Below the pieces are notes generated by a model. That model searched no databases, had not been told where the DNA came from, and saw nothing but the letters and a program-made list of their open reading frames with translations. A program made the position numbers and the translations under genes. This document shows positions 49,004 to 58,351 of a stretch of 64,000 bases of DNA, in pieces; positions within the stretch are counted from its first letter, which is position 1, and each line of letters begins with the position of its first letter. This DNA comes from Rhodospirillales bacterium (GTDB lineage: Bacteria > Pseudomonadota > Alphaproteobacteria > Acetobacterales > Acetobacteraceae): positions 5,402 through 69,401 of the forward strand of contig JBAXFK010000001.1 of the NCBI GenBank assembly GCA_037139955.1, given 5' to 3'.

Positions 49004-49245
49004 CAGAATGCCGTGAAATAGACCGGGAACCCAAAGATTTAAAAGGATATAATTCGTCGCCGCGATCATCTGGATCGGCAATGCGTAAGGCCGCATAGGT
49101 GGAATAAGCCCGGTGTCGATCATCACGGACAGCGTCAGCGTGTCCGGCCTCCATCTCGGCGGGGGTAACGACTTCTAGGAATCCCATGCGATAACCTCCG
49201 GCAAGACAATAACCCGGCAAGACAATAACACAGAGGACGTCCCCC

Positions 49246-49929
49246 ATGCTCGGCAATCCCCCGATCCTGACCATCCATCGCGGCCACCGTCGTCCCGACC
49301 CGGCTCTGGTCGCCCGGTTTCGCGGCGCCCAGACATCCCATCTATGCGACGCGATGGCGGGACGGGGGGCACTCGACTACACCGTCAAACCGCTGGACCC
49401 ATCCAACGCGGTGTTCGCCGGCCCCGCCTTGACCGCGTTTGCCTATCCCGCCGACATCGCCGCGATGTTCGGCGCGGTGCACGAGGCGCAGGCGGGCGAC
49501 GTGATCGTTCTGGCCAATGACGCGTTCACGAAAACGGCGGTGTTCGGCGACCTCGCCGCAGGGGTCATGAAGAACAAGGGCGTGGCGGCCTTCGTCACCG
49601 ACGGGCTGGCGCGCGATAAGGCCGGGATTATCGCCACCGGCCTTCCGGTGTTCTGTCGCGGCATTCAACCGAATTCTCCCGCGCTGAACGGGCCTGGAGT
49701 CGTGGGCGCGCCCGTCACCTTGGGCGATGTATATGTGCGGTCCGGCGACGTGATCGTGGGCGATGCCGACGGGGTGGTCGTGGTGCCGTTCGAGCAATTG
49801 GAAATCGTGCTGGACCGCCTGGAACAAGTGCGTGCCGCCGAGGCTCGGACCGAGGCTTTGGTGCGTGCCGGCGCTACCATGCTGGACGGCCCGGCCAAGG
49901 TCATTGCAACGGCAACCATCTTTACATAG
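49246..49929 (+). CDS. RraA family protein (mirror copy)
   Basis: Mirror of 34302-34985. Confidence 0.7.
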   Translation: MLGNPPILTIHRGHRRPDPALVARFRGAQTSHLCDAMAGRGALDYTVKPLDPSNAVFAGPALTAFAYPADIAAMFGAVHEAQAGDVIVLANDAFTKTAVFGDLAAGVMKNKGVAAFVTDGLARDKAGIIATGLPVFCRGIQPNSPALNGPGVVGAPVTLGDVYVRSGDVIVGDADGVVVVPFEQLEIVLDRLEQVRAAEARTEALVRAGATMLDGPAKVIATATIFT

Positions 49930-50942
49930 TGTGCTCAGTTGCCGACATTGCAACAGTAAGGCCAACGACGATGGTAAAAGATAGCGATACCCAGTCACCG
50001 GAAACCGACATGCAGCCTGCCGAGCCGGCGGTACCTCGGGCAACGCCGGTACAGTCTATCGCGCAGCTTCGTCACGATCCGGCGGCGATTCGGCGGTTGT
50101 TCGAAACCGGCGAATATCCTTACCAATCCCGAATGCGCGCCGCGCCGTACGAGGCGCATATGCTCGATTTGCAACGGGAATTATTGAAAGCGCAGCGTTG
50201 GGTGGAAGAAACCGGCGAGCGCGTCGTCATTCTGTTCGAGGGTCGGGACGCCGCCGGCAAGGGCGGCACCATCAAGCGTTTCATGGAGCATACGAACCCC
50301 CGCACCCCGAGGGTCGTGGCCTTGCAGAAGCCCACCGATCGCGAGCGGACTCAGTGGTTTTTCCAGCGCTACATTACAACCTTGCCTGCCGCCGGGGAAA
50401 TCGTGCTGTTCGATCGTTCTTGGTACAACCGAGCCGGGGTGGAACGGGTGATGGGGTTTTGCAGCCCGCCCGAATATTTGGAATTCATGCGCCAATGCCC
50501 GGATCTGGAACGGATGCTCGTCCGCTCCGGCATTCGGCTGTTCAAATACTGGTTTTCCGTCAGTCAGGAGGAACAGCGCCGCCGCTTTACCGAACGCGAA
50601 ACCGATCCGTTGAAGCAGTGGAAATTGTCGCCGATCGATCGCGCGTCGTTGGATAAGTGGGACCAATACACCGAGGCGAAGGAGGCGATGTTCTTCCATA
50701 CCGACACCGCCGACGCCCCTTGGACCATCGTCAAATCCGACGACAAAAAGCGTGCTCGATTGAACTGCATGCAGCATTTCCTCGCGTCATTGCCTTACGC
50801 CACGAAGGATCGGCATATTGTCGGCAGTCCCGACCCGCTGATCGTCGGGTCATCCGCCCACGTGATCGGGCTGGATGCGGATATTATCGGCAAGACGGTC
50901 CATCCCGCACAAAAACGGGGCGGCCGAACCCAGGGGAACTGA
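49929..50942 (+). CDS. ppk2: polyphosphate kinase 2 (mirror copy)
   Basis: Mirror of 33289-34302. Confidence 0.85.
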   Translation: MCSVADIATVRPTTMVKDSDTQSPETDMQPAEPAVPRATPVQSIAQLRHDPAAIRRLFETGEYPYQSRMRAAPYEAHMLDLQRELLKAQRWVEETGERVVILFEGRDAAGKGGTIKRFMEHTNPRTPRVVALQKPTDRERTQWFFQRYITTLPAAGEIVLFDRSWYNRAGVERVMGFCSPPEYLEFMRQCPDLERMLVRSGIRLFKYWFSVSQEEQRRRFTERETDPLKQWKLSPIDRASLDKWDQYTEAKEAMFFHTDTADAPWTIVKSDDKKRARLNCMQHFLASLPYATKDRHIVGSPDPLIVGSSAHVIGLDADIIGKTVHPAQKRGGRTQGN

Positions 50943-50945
50943 GCC

Positions 50946-51575
50946 ATGGACATGCTCGCGCCGGACCATCTTATCCGCGACGAGGCGACGCTGAACGCGC
51001 TGTACGGGGAAATTTCGCCGGGCGCGATCGCGAAGGAAATCGATTATATTCATCCGCATTATCGGGGAATGATCGAGGCCTCGCCGTTCGTCGTGCTTGG
51101 CACCAGCGGACCGGGCGGGTTGGATGTGTCCCCGCGCGGCGATCCTGCGGGGTTCGTGCATGTGCTGGACGATAAGACGCTGGCGATCCCCGATCGGCGC
51201 GGCAACAACCGCGCCGACAGCCTTCGCAATATCATTCACGACCCTAGGGTGACGCTGCTGTTTCTGATTCCCGGCGTCGGCGAAACCTTGCGTGTCAACG
51301 GCACCGCCGTCGTGTCCGTCGATCCCGCTTTACTGGAGCGGTTTCCGTTTCGTGGAACCCTGCCGCGGAGCGTGATCGTGGTCACCGCCGAGCGGGTTTA
51401 CTTCCAATGCCCCAAGGCGCTGGTGCGTTCGGAATTGTGGAATCCGGACAAGCAAATTTCCCGCAAATCGCTGCCCAGCACAGGGACGATGCTCGCCGAT
51501 ATCAGCGCCGGTAAAGTCGGTGGGGAACAATACGACCGGGAATATCCCGAGCGGCTGAAGAAGACGCTGTATTGA
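50946..51575 (+). CDS. PPOX-type FMN-binding family protein (mirror copy)
   Basis: Mirror of 32656-33285. Confidence 0.6.
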   Translation: MDMLAPDHLIRDEATLNALYGEISPGAIAKEIDYIHPHYRGMIEASPFVVLGTSGPGGLDVSPRGDPAGFVHVLDDKTLAIPDRRGNNRADSLRNIIHDPRVTLLFLIPGVGETLRVNGTAVVSVDPALLERFPFRGTLPRSVIVVTAERVYFQCPKALVRSELWNPDKQISRKSLPSTGTMLADISAGKVGGEQYDREYPERLKKTLY

Positions 51576-51590
51576 TTTCGGATCGGGAAT

Positions 51591-52040
51591 TTGAAAAACC
51601 GGTTCGGCATGGAAATTCGCGCCGCTACCGGCGCGGAGGCACTGGGCGTGTCGGAACTGCTCGCTATGGCCGGGCACGATATCCCGCCGCGTGTCTTGGC
51701 GGAGCGTCTCGATGCCATCCACCGCTCGGCCGGCGCGGCTTCGATCGCGGTCGAGTGGGGACCGCCGAGCGGCTTGGTGGTGCTCCATTGGTTTCCGACT
51801 CTGGGCGCGGATCGACCGACGGCACAAATCGTGACCCTATTTGTGGGGCCGGATAGCCGCCGTCGCGGCATCGGCCGCATGTTGCTTAAAGCAGCGTCCC
51901 AGGCGGCGCGGGTCGCCGGCTGCGGAGCGTTGGAATTCTCCGTCGCGGCCGACGATTTCAGCGTGTCCGCTTTCTGCCGCGCTACCGGTTTTATCGAGGC
52001 TGGGTCCCGCTTTACCCGCCCTTTGCGCAAGGGCGGGTAA
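51591..52040 (+). CDS. GNAT family N-acetyltransferase (mirror copy)
   Basis: Mirror of 32191-32640. Confidence 0.65.
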   Translation: MKNRFGMEIRAATGAEALGVSELLAMAGHDIPPRVLAERLDAIHRSAGAASIAVEWGPPSGLVVLHWFPTLGADRPTAQIVTLFVGPDSRRRGIGRMLLKAASQAARVAGCGALEFSVAADDFSVSAFCRATGFIEAGSRFTRPLRKGG

Positions 52041-52106
52041 CCGGGGCTATCTTGCCTGAAACCCAAACCCGTCCGACCATTGGGCAACCCATTGGAAGCT
52101 GCAACC

Positions 52107-53681
52107 ATGTCCTACACCCCCGCACCCCACGTCACCCAGCATTGGTCCCTGTCCAAGGCATCCGCCACCGGCAAGCGCGGCATGGTCGTGTCGCAGGTCA
52201 AAGCCGCCGCCGAGGCTGGGGTTGCCATTCTCGATGCCGGCGGCAATGCGATCGACGCTGCGGTCGGCACTGCGCTGGCGCTGTCGTCCGCCGAACCCTG
52301 GAATTCGGGTCTTGGCGGGATCGGCTTTGCGTTGGTGCATCGGGCCGGGCAGCCCAAGGCCGACGTAGTGGATTTCGGACCGGTGGCGCCCAGAGGGCTG
52401 AATCCGTCCGTGTTCAAGCTGACCGGGCGGATGAAAAACGATTTGTTCGCTTGGCCCGAGGTCGAGGGCGATGCCAACATCCACGGCCCCCTATCCTTTG
52501 CTATTCCGTCCGCTTTGGCGGGCTACGATCGGATGCTGAAGCAATGGGGCAAGCTGCCGATCGCCGAGATCATGGCGCCGGCCTTGGCCCTGGCGAAGCG
52601 CGGTCTGCCGCAGGATTGGTACACGACGCTGAAAATCGCCTCCTCGGCTTCGGTGTTGAAGCTGTACGACGAGAGTGCCCGCATCTATTTGCCCGGCGGG
52701 CTGCCGCCGGTCGCGCCGTATCAGGGCACGCCGGGTTTTCTCCAGCAGGGCAATCTGGCGGCGACGCTGGAGCGGCTCAGCCACGCCGGGCTGGACGATT
52801 TCTATCGCGGCGATGTCGCCCGCACGCTGGTTGCCGACGTGAAGGCGCTGGGCGGGGTTCTGAACGCCGCCGACCTGAACAACTGCCAGTCCCGCGTCTT
52901 CCCCGCGACCGAATACCAATGGCGCGGTCGCACCTTGCAATTGACCGGCGGCCTGACCGCAGCACCGACCATGATTCGGGTGCTGGACCGGATGAAGTCC
53001 GCGCCCTTCGGCAAATCTCCGGACGCTGCGTGGTACGCCGCTTTCTCCCGTGCGATGAAAGATGCTTACGCCGAGCGTCTGGCTGGGTTGGGCGATGCCG
53101 ATCCGTTGGCGGCGGAGACCTGCACCACGCACCTCACCGTATGCGACGCCGAGGGCACGGTCGTCACCATGACCACCACGTTGCTGTCGTCGATGGGCAG
53201 CCGGGTGGTCCTGCCGGGCTGCGGGGTACTGATGAATAACGGGGTTATGTGGTTCGACCCGAACCCCAACTCCTTGAACGCGATCGCGCCGGGCAAGCGC
53301 CCGCTGACCAATATGTCGCCGATCGTTCTCAATGACGGGGATCGCCCCTGGCTGGCGGTCGGTGCGTCCGGCGGGCGGCGCATCTTGGCCTCGGTGGCGC
53401 AGGTTACGATGTTCGTCGCCGATTTCGGCATGACCCCCGACGAAGCCGCCCACCACCCGCGCATCGACGTGTCCGGCCCGGATGGCTGCTCGGCCGACAT
53501 CCGTCTGCCGCCGGACGTTATCGCCGCGCTGGAGGCCGACGGACCGACCGAGATTGTGGAGCACGGCGTCATGCCTATCAATTTCGCTTGCCCGAACATG
53601 ATCCTGCTGCACGCCGACGGTAGCCGCACCGGCATTTCGGACGCAGCCAGCCCCTGGTCTGCGGCGGTGGCGCAAGTCTGA
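52107..53681 (+). CDS. ggt: gamma-glutamyltransferase family protein (mirror copy)
   Basis: Mirror of 30550-32124. Confidence 0.85.
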   Translation: MSYTPAPHVTQHWSLSKASATGKRGMVVSQVKAAAEAGVAILDAGGNAIDAAVGTALALSSAEPWNSGLGGIGFALVHRAGQPKADVVDFGPVAPRGLNPSVFKLTGRMKNDLFAWPEVEGDANIHGPLSFAIPSALAGYDRMLKQWGKLPIAEIMAPALALAKRGLPQDWYTTLKIASSASVLKLYDESARIYLPGGLPPVAPYQGTPGFLQQGNLAATLERLSHAGLDDFYRGDVARTLVADVKALGGVLNAADLNNCQSRVFPATEYQWRGRTLQLTGGLTAAPTMIRVLDRMKSAPFGKSPDAAWYAAFSRAMKDAYAERLAGLGDADPLAAETCTTHLTVCDAEGTVVTMTTTLLSSMGSRVVLPGCGVLMNNGVMWFDPNPNSLNAIAPGKRPLTNMSPIVLNDGDRPWLAVGASGGRRILASVAQVTMFVADFGMTPDEAAHHPRIDVSGPDGCSADIRLPPDVIAALEADGPTEIVEHGVMPINFACPNMILLHADGSRTGISDAASPWSAAVAQV

Positions 53682-54497
53682 ATGGCCGGCGATCCCATCC
53701 CGGCGGTCGCGGAAGCCGAGGCCACCGGGGAAACCGCCGCCATCTTCGCCGACATCCGCGCGGTGTACGGCGTGGGGGTGGTGAATTTGATCTGGCGGCA
53801 TTTGGCGACGATCCCGGACGCGCTGCCCTGGGCGTGGCGCGCCATCCGGCCGCTTTATGTCGATGGCACTGTCGCGGGCGCGGCGCAGACGTTTCGCGCC
53901 GGTCTTACCTTGCCGATATTGCCATCCGTCCCGCCCGAAGTCTTCGCATCGTTCGGCCTTGCACCCGACGCGCTGGCCTCCGTCCGAGCCGTGTTGGCGG
54001 CTTACGACCACACCAACAGCATGGCGTTGATAGCGCTAACGGCCGTGTCGGCATCTGCGGACGGTATTTCACCGCTCCCCCCGAGGGCGGGAGCCGGCGG
54101 TCGAGAGCAAAACCCCACCATCTCGCTTCCCCCGCTTCCCTCGCTCGATGCTATGCCCTCGCATGTCGCAGCCCTGGTTGTGCGACTGAACCTTTTCGGT
54201 ACCGACGCAGCGGCCCCCATCCTCGCCAGCATGTACCGCCATCTATCTTACTGGCCGCCGTATTGGGGGCTGGTGTGGTCCGCCCTCGCGCCCATGCAGG
54301 CCTCCCGCGCGTTGCATGCTGCCATTGCCGACACTGCCCGGCAGGCGCGTGCGACCGCTGCCGGCATCGGCACGGCCGCCGGTCCTTCACCGCCGGGAGC
54401 GCGTGAGGCGATTGCGCCTTTTATCGGCGATGTGCTCCCCAAAATGGTGGCGATCTGCGGTATGTTGCATGCCATGACCACCGCACCGGACGCCTGA
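53682..54497 (+). CDS. DehI-family-like protein (mirror copy)
   Basis: Mirror of 29734-30549. Confidence 0.5.
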   Translation: MAGDPIPAVAEAEATGETAAIFADIRAVYGVGVVNLIWRHLATIPDALPWAWRAIRPLYVDGTVAGAAQTFRAGLTLPILPSVPPEVFASFGLAPDALASVRAVLAAYDHTNSMALIALTAVSASADGISPLPPRAGAGGREQNPTISLPPLPSLDAMPSHVAALVVRLNLFGTDAAAPILASMYRHLSYWPPYWGLVWSALAPMQASRALHAAIADTARQARATAAGIGTAAGPSPPGAREAIAPFIGDVLPKMVAICGMLHAMTTAPDA

Positions 54498-54530
54498 CCC
54501 ATTCGTATCGCCGCCCTGCTCGCTGCCTCT

Positions 54531-57146
54531 TTGGTACTGATGGCCCTTGCGCCGGAGTTCTCTCCGCCGCCGGACGCTCCCATGACCGTCGTCGCGGTGC
54601 CGAACGTCGATAGTCCGTCGTTCCCCCCGCGCCGTGTTTACACCCGGTCCGATTTGCGAGCTTTGTTCACCAAAGCAACCGATGGGGATGCCGACGCGGC
54701 CGCCGAACTTGGGCAGATGTACGCACGCGGCGGCACACTGTCGGTCAACACCGACGAAGCTTTTCGCTGGCTCACGCGCGCCATGGACCTTGGCTCCGAT
54801 GCTGCGCGACGCGAGTTCGGTCTGCTGTTACTGCGCCTGCCCGGCGCCCAGCGCGATCCATCCCGTGCAGCGCCGCTGTTACGACGTGCTGCCGAGGCGG
54901 GGGATGCCGAGGCACAATCCTCCCTGGGCATGCTCTACGCCTGGGGCGAGGGGGTGGAGCGCGACCCCGACCAAGCCATCGAATGGGTGCGCAAAGCCGC
55001 AGACCAGAACGACCGTTGGGCTTTGGCCAATATGGGCACCTTGCTGGAATTCGGCGTCGGCACGCCGAAAGACCCGGCGGAGGCGGCCATTTGGTACCGC
55101 CGCGCGGCAGACCTCGGGCTCGCGGCTGGGGAAGTGCGGTTGGCGCTGCTGTATCAGCGCGGCTCCGGCGTGCCGAAGGAGCCAGCGCAAAGCGTCGCTC
55201 TGCTTCTCAGCGCCGCGCAGCGAGAGGACCCGATCGCCCAACGCCTGCTCGGCGTGGCCTACCGCGATGGCTGGGGCGTTGCGCCCAATCCCGATGAATC
55301 CGTCGCATGGCTGAAACGCGCCGCCGAGCGCTTCGACCCAGAAGCCTTGGCGATGCTGGCGGATGCGTATCAGCAGGGCCGCGGCGTCGCGCGCGATCGA
55401 ATCGAAGCCTGGAACTGGCTGCTGCGCGCCGGGGATGCGGGGCACATGTTGGCCGCCGTGTCCCTCGGCCAAGCCTATTACAACGGCTTTCCCGGCCCCG
55501 GCCGTAACCACGACGAAGCCGCCCGCTGGTTCGAAAAAGCGCTCAGTCGCGCGCGACTCGAATCCTGGCTGCGGATGGACGAGCGCGGCACCTACCGCAC
55601 CCAGCAACTGGCCGTCGCTCGCTATGCCCTGGGCATGTTGCTGCTGAACGGCGACGGCATTGGCAAAGACCAATCCCGTGCGGTCGCATTGTTCGAGGAA
55701 GCGGCGGCGCAAGACAACGGCCTCGCGATCGGGCAACTCGGGCGTCTATATCGTTTCGGAATCTGGGTCGCGCAGGACGATAGCAAAGCCGTGGCGTTGC
55801 TGCGGCAGGCCGTGGAACTCAAGAACGGTGCGGCGGCCTCGTTGCTCGGCGACGGGTATTTACTCGGTTGGGCCGGCAAGAAAGACGTAGCGGAGGCTGT
55901 GCGTTGGTATCGCGCGGCGGCGGGACTGCACGAAGCCACCGGCTGGCTGGGTTTGGCGCGTGCCTACGAATCCGGGCAGGGTCTGTCGCAAGACGGGGTG
56001 GAGGCCACGGTTTGGTATCGGCTCGCCGCTAACGCCGGGCTGCTCGATGCACAGGTGCGCATGGGCGACATTGCCCATCTCGGCTTGTACGGGCACGTCC
56101 GCGACGATGCCCAGGCCGCTGGCTGGTACGGCCCTGCCGCGAATTTCGGGCACCCAGGGGCGCAATATATGATGGGCGTCCTCGCCGAGGCGCGGCCCGA
56201 CGGCGGCGCCGAAGCTGAATCCTGGTACCGCAAAGCATCCGATAAAGCTTGGTCGCCGGCCTCCAAACGGCTGGGCGACGCGTATCGCGATGGGGCGCTT
56301 GGGCTGTCTAGGGATGACGGGCAGGCCTTTGTCTTCTATAGCCGCGCGGCGGATGCCGGCATGCCGGCCGCGCTGGTCGAACTGGCACGTTTCACGGAAA
56401 ACGGTCGCGGGACGGCCCGCGACCCCAACGCGGCGTTGGCCCTTTGGCGCCGAGCGGCCGATAAGGGGTTGGCGGTGGCCCAGTATCGTATGGGTTACGC
56501 CGCACAAACCGGGGAGGCCGATGTGCCGCACGACGATGCGGAGGCGGTGCGCTGGTACCGGTTGGCTGCGGCGCAGGAATACCCGGACGCGCAAATCAAC
56601 CTCGGCGCGATGCTGCTAGAAGGTCTCGGCGGCGCGCAAGACGGGGCCGAAGCGATCGTTTGGTACACGCGTGCCGCCACCCACGGTCATCCAACCGCAG
56701 AATATATGCTCGGCTCCATCCTTTGGGACGGCAAAGCGGGTCAGAAACAAGACCAGACGGAGGCGGTGCGGCATTTTCGCAAAGCAGCGGAAAGCGGCAA
56801 CGCCGCCGCGCAATACATGATGTCGGTGGCCTACCGCCTGGGCCAAGGTGTGCCGGCCGATGAGACGGATATGCTGGCTTGGCTGCGTAAAGCCGCCGAG
56901 CAGGGGGAGGGCGCGGCGCTCAATTCGTTGGGCTATTCGATCCTGTCCGGTGTCGATGGCACCTACGATTTCGTCGAGGCCGCGTGCTGGCTGATCCTGG
57001 CGGTGGAGCGCATCCCGGCCGAGGCCGAGAAGCGTCGTGCCCAGGTCAATCTAGAGAACGCCTTGGCGCAATTGAACGACGAAGAAAAGTCTCAGGCCGA
57101 GGCCCGCGCAGCCGTTTGGCGTGCGCGGTTCGTCGGCAGGCCGTAG
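54531..57146 (+). CDS. Sel1-repeat protein, 871 aa (mirror copy)
   Basis: Mirror of 27085-29700. Confidence 0.8.
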   Translation: MVLMALAPEFSPPPDAPMTVVAVPNVDSPSFPPRRVYTRSDLRALFTKATDGDADAAAELGQMYARGGTLSVNTDEAFRWLTRAMDLGSDAARREFGLLLLRLPGAQRDPSRAAPLLRRAAEAGDAEAQSSLGMLYAWGEGVERDPDQAIEWVRKAADQNDRWALANMGTLLEFGVGTPKDPAEAAIWYRRAADLGLAAGEVRLALLYQRGSGVPKEPAQSVALLLSAAQREDPIAQRLLGVAYRDGWGVAPNPDESVAWLKRAAERFDPEALAMLADAYQQGRGVARDRIEAWNWLLRAGDAGHMLAAVSLGQAYYNGFPGPGRNHDEAARWFEKALSRARLESWLRMDERGTYRTQQLAVARYALGMLLLNGDGIGKDQSRAVALFEEAAAQDNGLAIGQLGRLYRFGIWVAQDDSKAVALLRQAVELKNGAAASLLGDGYLLGWAGKKDVAEAVRWYRAAAGLHEATGWLGLARAYESGQGLSQDGVEATVWYRLAANAGLLDAQVRMGDIAHLGLYGHVRDDAQAAGWYGPAANFGHPGAQYMMGVLAEARPDGGAEAESWYRKASDKAWSPASKRLGDAYRDGALGLSRDDGQAFVFYSRAADAGMPAALVELARFTENGRGTARDPNAALALWRRAADKGLAVAQYRMGYAAQTGEADVPHDDAEAVRWYRLAAAQEYPDAQINLGAMLLEGLGGAQDGAEAIVWYTRAATHGHPTAEYMLGSILWDGKAGQKQDQTEAVRHFRKAAESGNAAAQYMMSVAYRLGQGVPADETDMLAWLRKAAEQGEGAALNSLGYSILSGVDGTYDFVEAACWLILAVERIPAEAEKRRAQVNLENALAQLNDEEKSQAEARAAVWRARFVGRP

Positions 57147-57175
57147 CGGTGCTCGATCCTTCCAAGCCTCCGGTA

Positions 57176-57835
57176 TCAAGCTGCCGCGTCGGCCTCGGCG
57201 GCCGCCGCTGCTGCTGCCGAGGCAGCGGCTTTTTCTACGCGGGATGTATCGGCCGAGCGGGCGGTTTGTAGCGTGGCGGTTAGGCGTTCCATCGCGGCGG
57301 GTTTATCGATGCCGGATGCGGCAGCGAACTCACCGGCCAGGCGGTCGATGCCCAGTTCGAACAGGTTGCGCTGCGAATAGCTGGTGCCCGATCCGTCGCC
57401 GGTGCCGCGGAGGTCGCGCACGACTTCGGCCAGTTGCTTGAGGTCGCCGGAATTGATTTTCGCCAGGTATTCCTGGCCGCGCTTGGCCCAGATCATGCGG
57501 CTGACGCGGGATCGGCCGGACAGGATGGTCAGCACCTCGCTCATGGCCGCCGGCGTGCCGATCTTGCGCAGCCCGGTGGCGCGTGCTTGCGCGACGGGAA
57601 CGCGCAGGGTCATGCGGTTTTCCTCGAAGGAGATTTGGATCAGGTGCAGCTTGTGGCCGGCCATCTCCTCCATGCCCACGCGATCGACTTTGCCGACGCC
57701 GTGGGCGGGGTAGACGACCAGATCGCCGGTTTCGAACGTGATCGCGTCCTCGGGCAGAGGTTGTGCCGCTGTCGCCCCGAGGGCCGCGTTCACCATCGCC
57801 GTTGTGATCGGAATCGCAGCCACGAATTTGTCCAC
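57176..57835 (-). CDS. carD: CarD/CdnL family transcription factor (mirror copy)
   Basis: Mirror of 26396-27055. Confidence 0.8.
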   Translation of the reverse strand: MDKFVAAIPITTAMVNAALGATAAQPLPEDAITFETGDLVVYPAHGVGKVDRVGMEEMAGHKLHLIQISFEENRMTLRVPVAQARATGLRKIGTPAAMSEVLTILSGRSRVSRMIWAKRGQEYLAKINSGDLKQLAEVVRDLRGTGDGSGTSYSQRNLFELGIDRLAGEFAAASGIDKPAAMERLTATLQTARSADTSRVEKAAASAAAAAAAEADAAA

Positions 57836-57904
57836 CTAGTTTGTTCGGACGCTACCTTACGCCGATTTGCGGCGCGAAGACAGGTACAGTTCGCGGTTAA
57901 TCGA

Positions 57905-58351
57905 TCACGCGATCCAGAGTGCCTTGCGTCGTACCACCACGAGGCCGCTGAGCATGTCGTGCGGTGTCCGATGGCGGATCGTGAACAGCGCGATGACGAA
58001 CGGTACGCCGGAGAAGCCCAGCGAAATGTAGAACAACACGGTCGAGACGGCGGCCTGTACCAAGGTCGGCGGTCCCAGATCGTCGTTGCGCCGCACCGTC
58101 AGCCCCATGGTGCGCTGACCGAGCGTGGCGTGGTTGGACCCATAGAGCGAGAGCAAATGGTAAGCGAAAGGCAGCCAAGCCAGCAGCGGCCACAACCCAA
58201 AGCCCAGGCCGAGAGTGAGAATGCCGAACAGCCCCAGCACCCAGGCAAGCAGCACCCACAGCACGGCAATCGCGATGGCATCGACGAGAAATGCCACGCA
58301 ACGGCCGAACATAACGCCGGCCGTAAGATAATCGTCTCGATCGGAGGTCAT
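57905..58351 (-). CDS. RDD family membrane protein (mirror copy)
   Basis: Mirror of 25880-26326. Confidence 0.55.
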   Translation of the reverse strand: MTSDRDDYLTAGVMFGRCVAFLVDAIAIAVLWVLLAWVLGLFGILTLGLGFGLWPLLAWLPFAYHLLSLYGSNHATLGQRTMGLTVRRNDDLGPPTLVQAAVSTVLFYISLGFSGVPFVIALFTIRHRTPHDMLSGLVVVRRKALWIA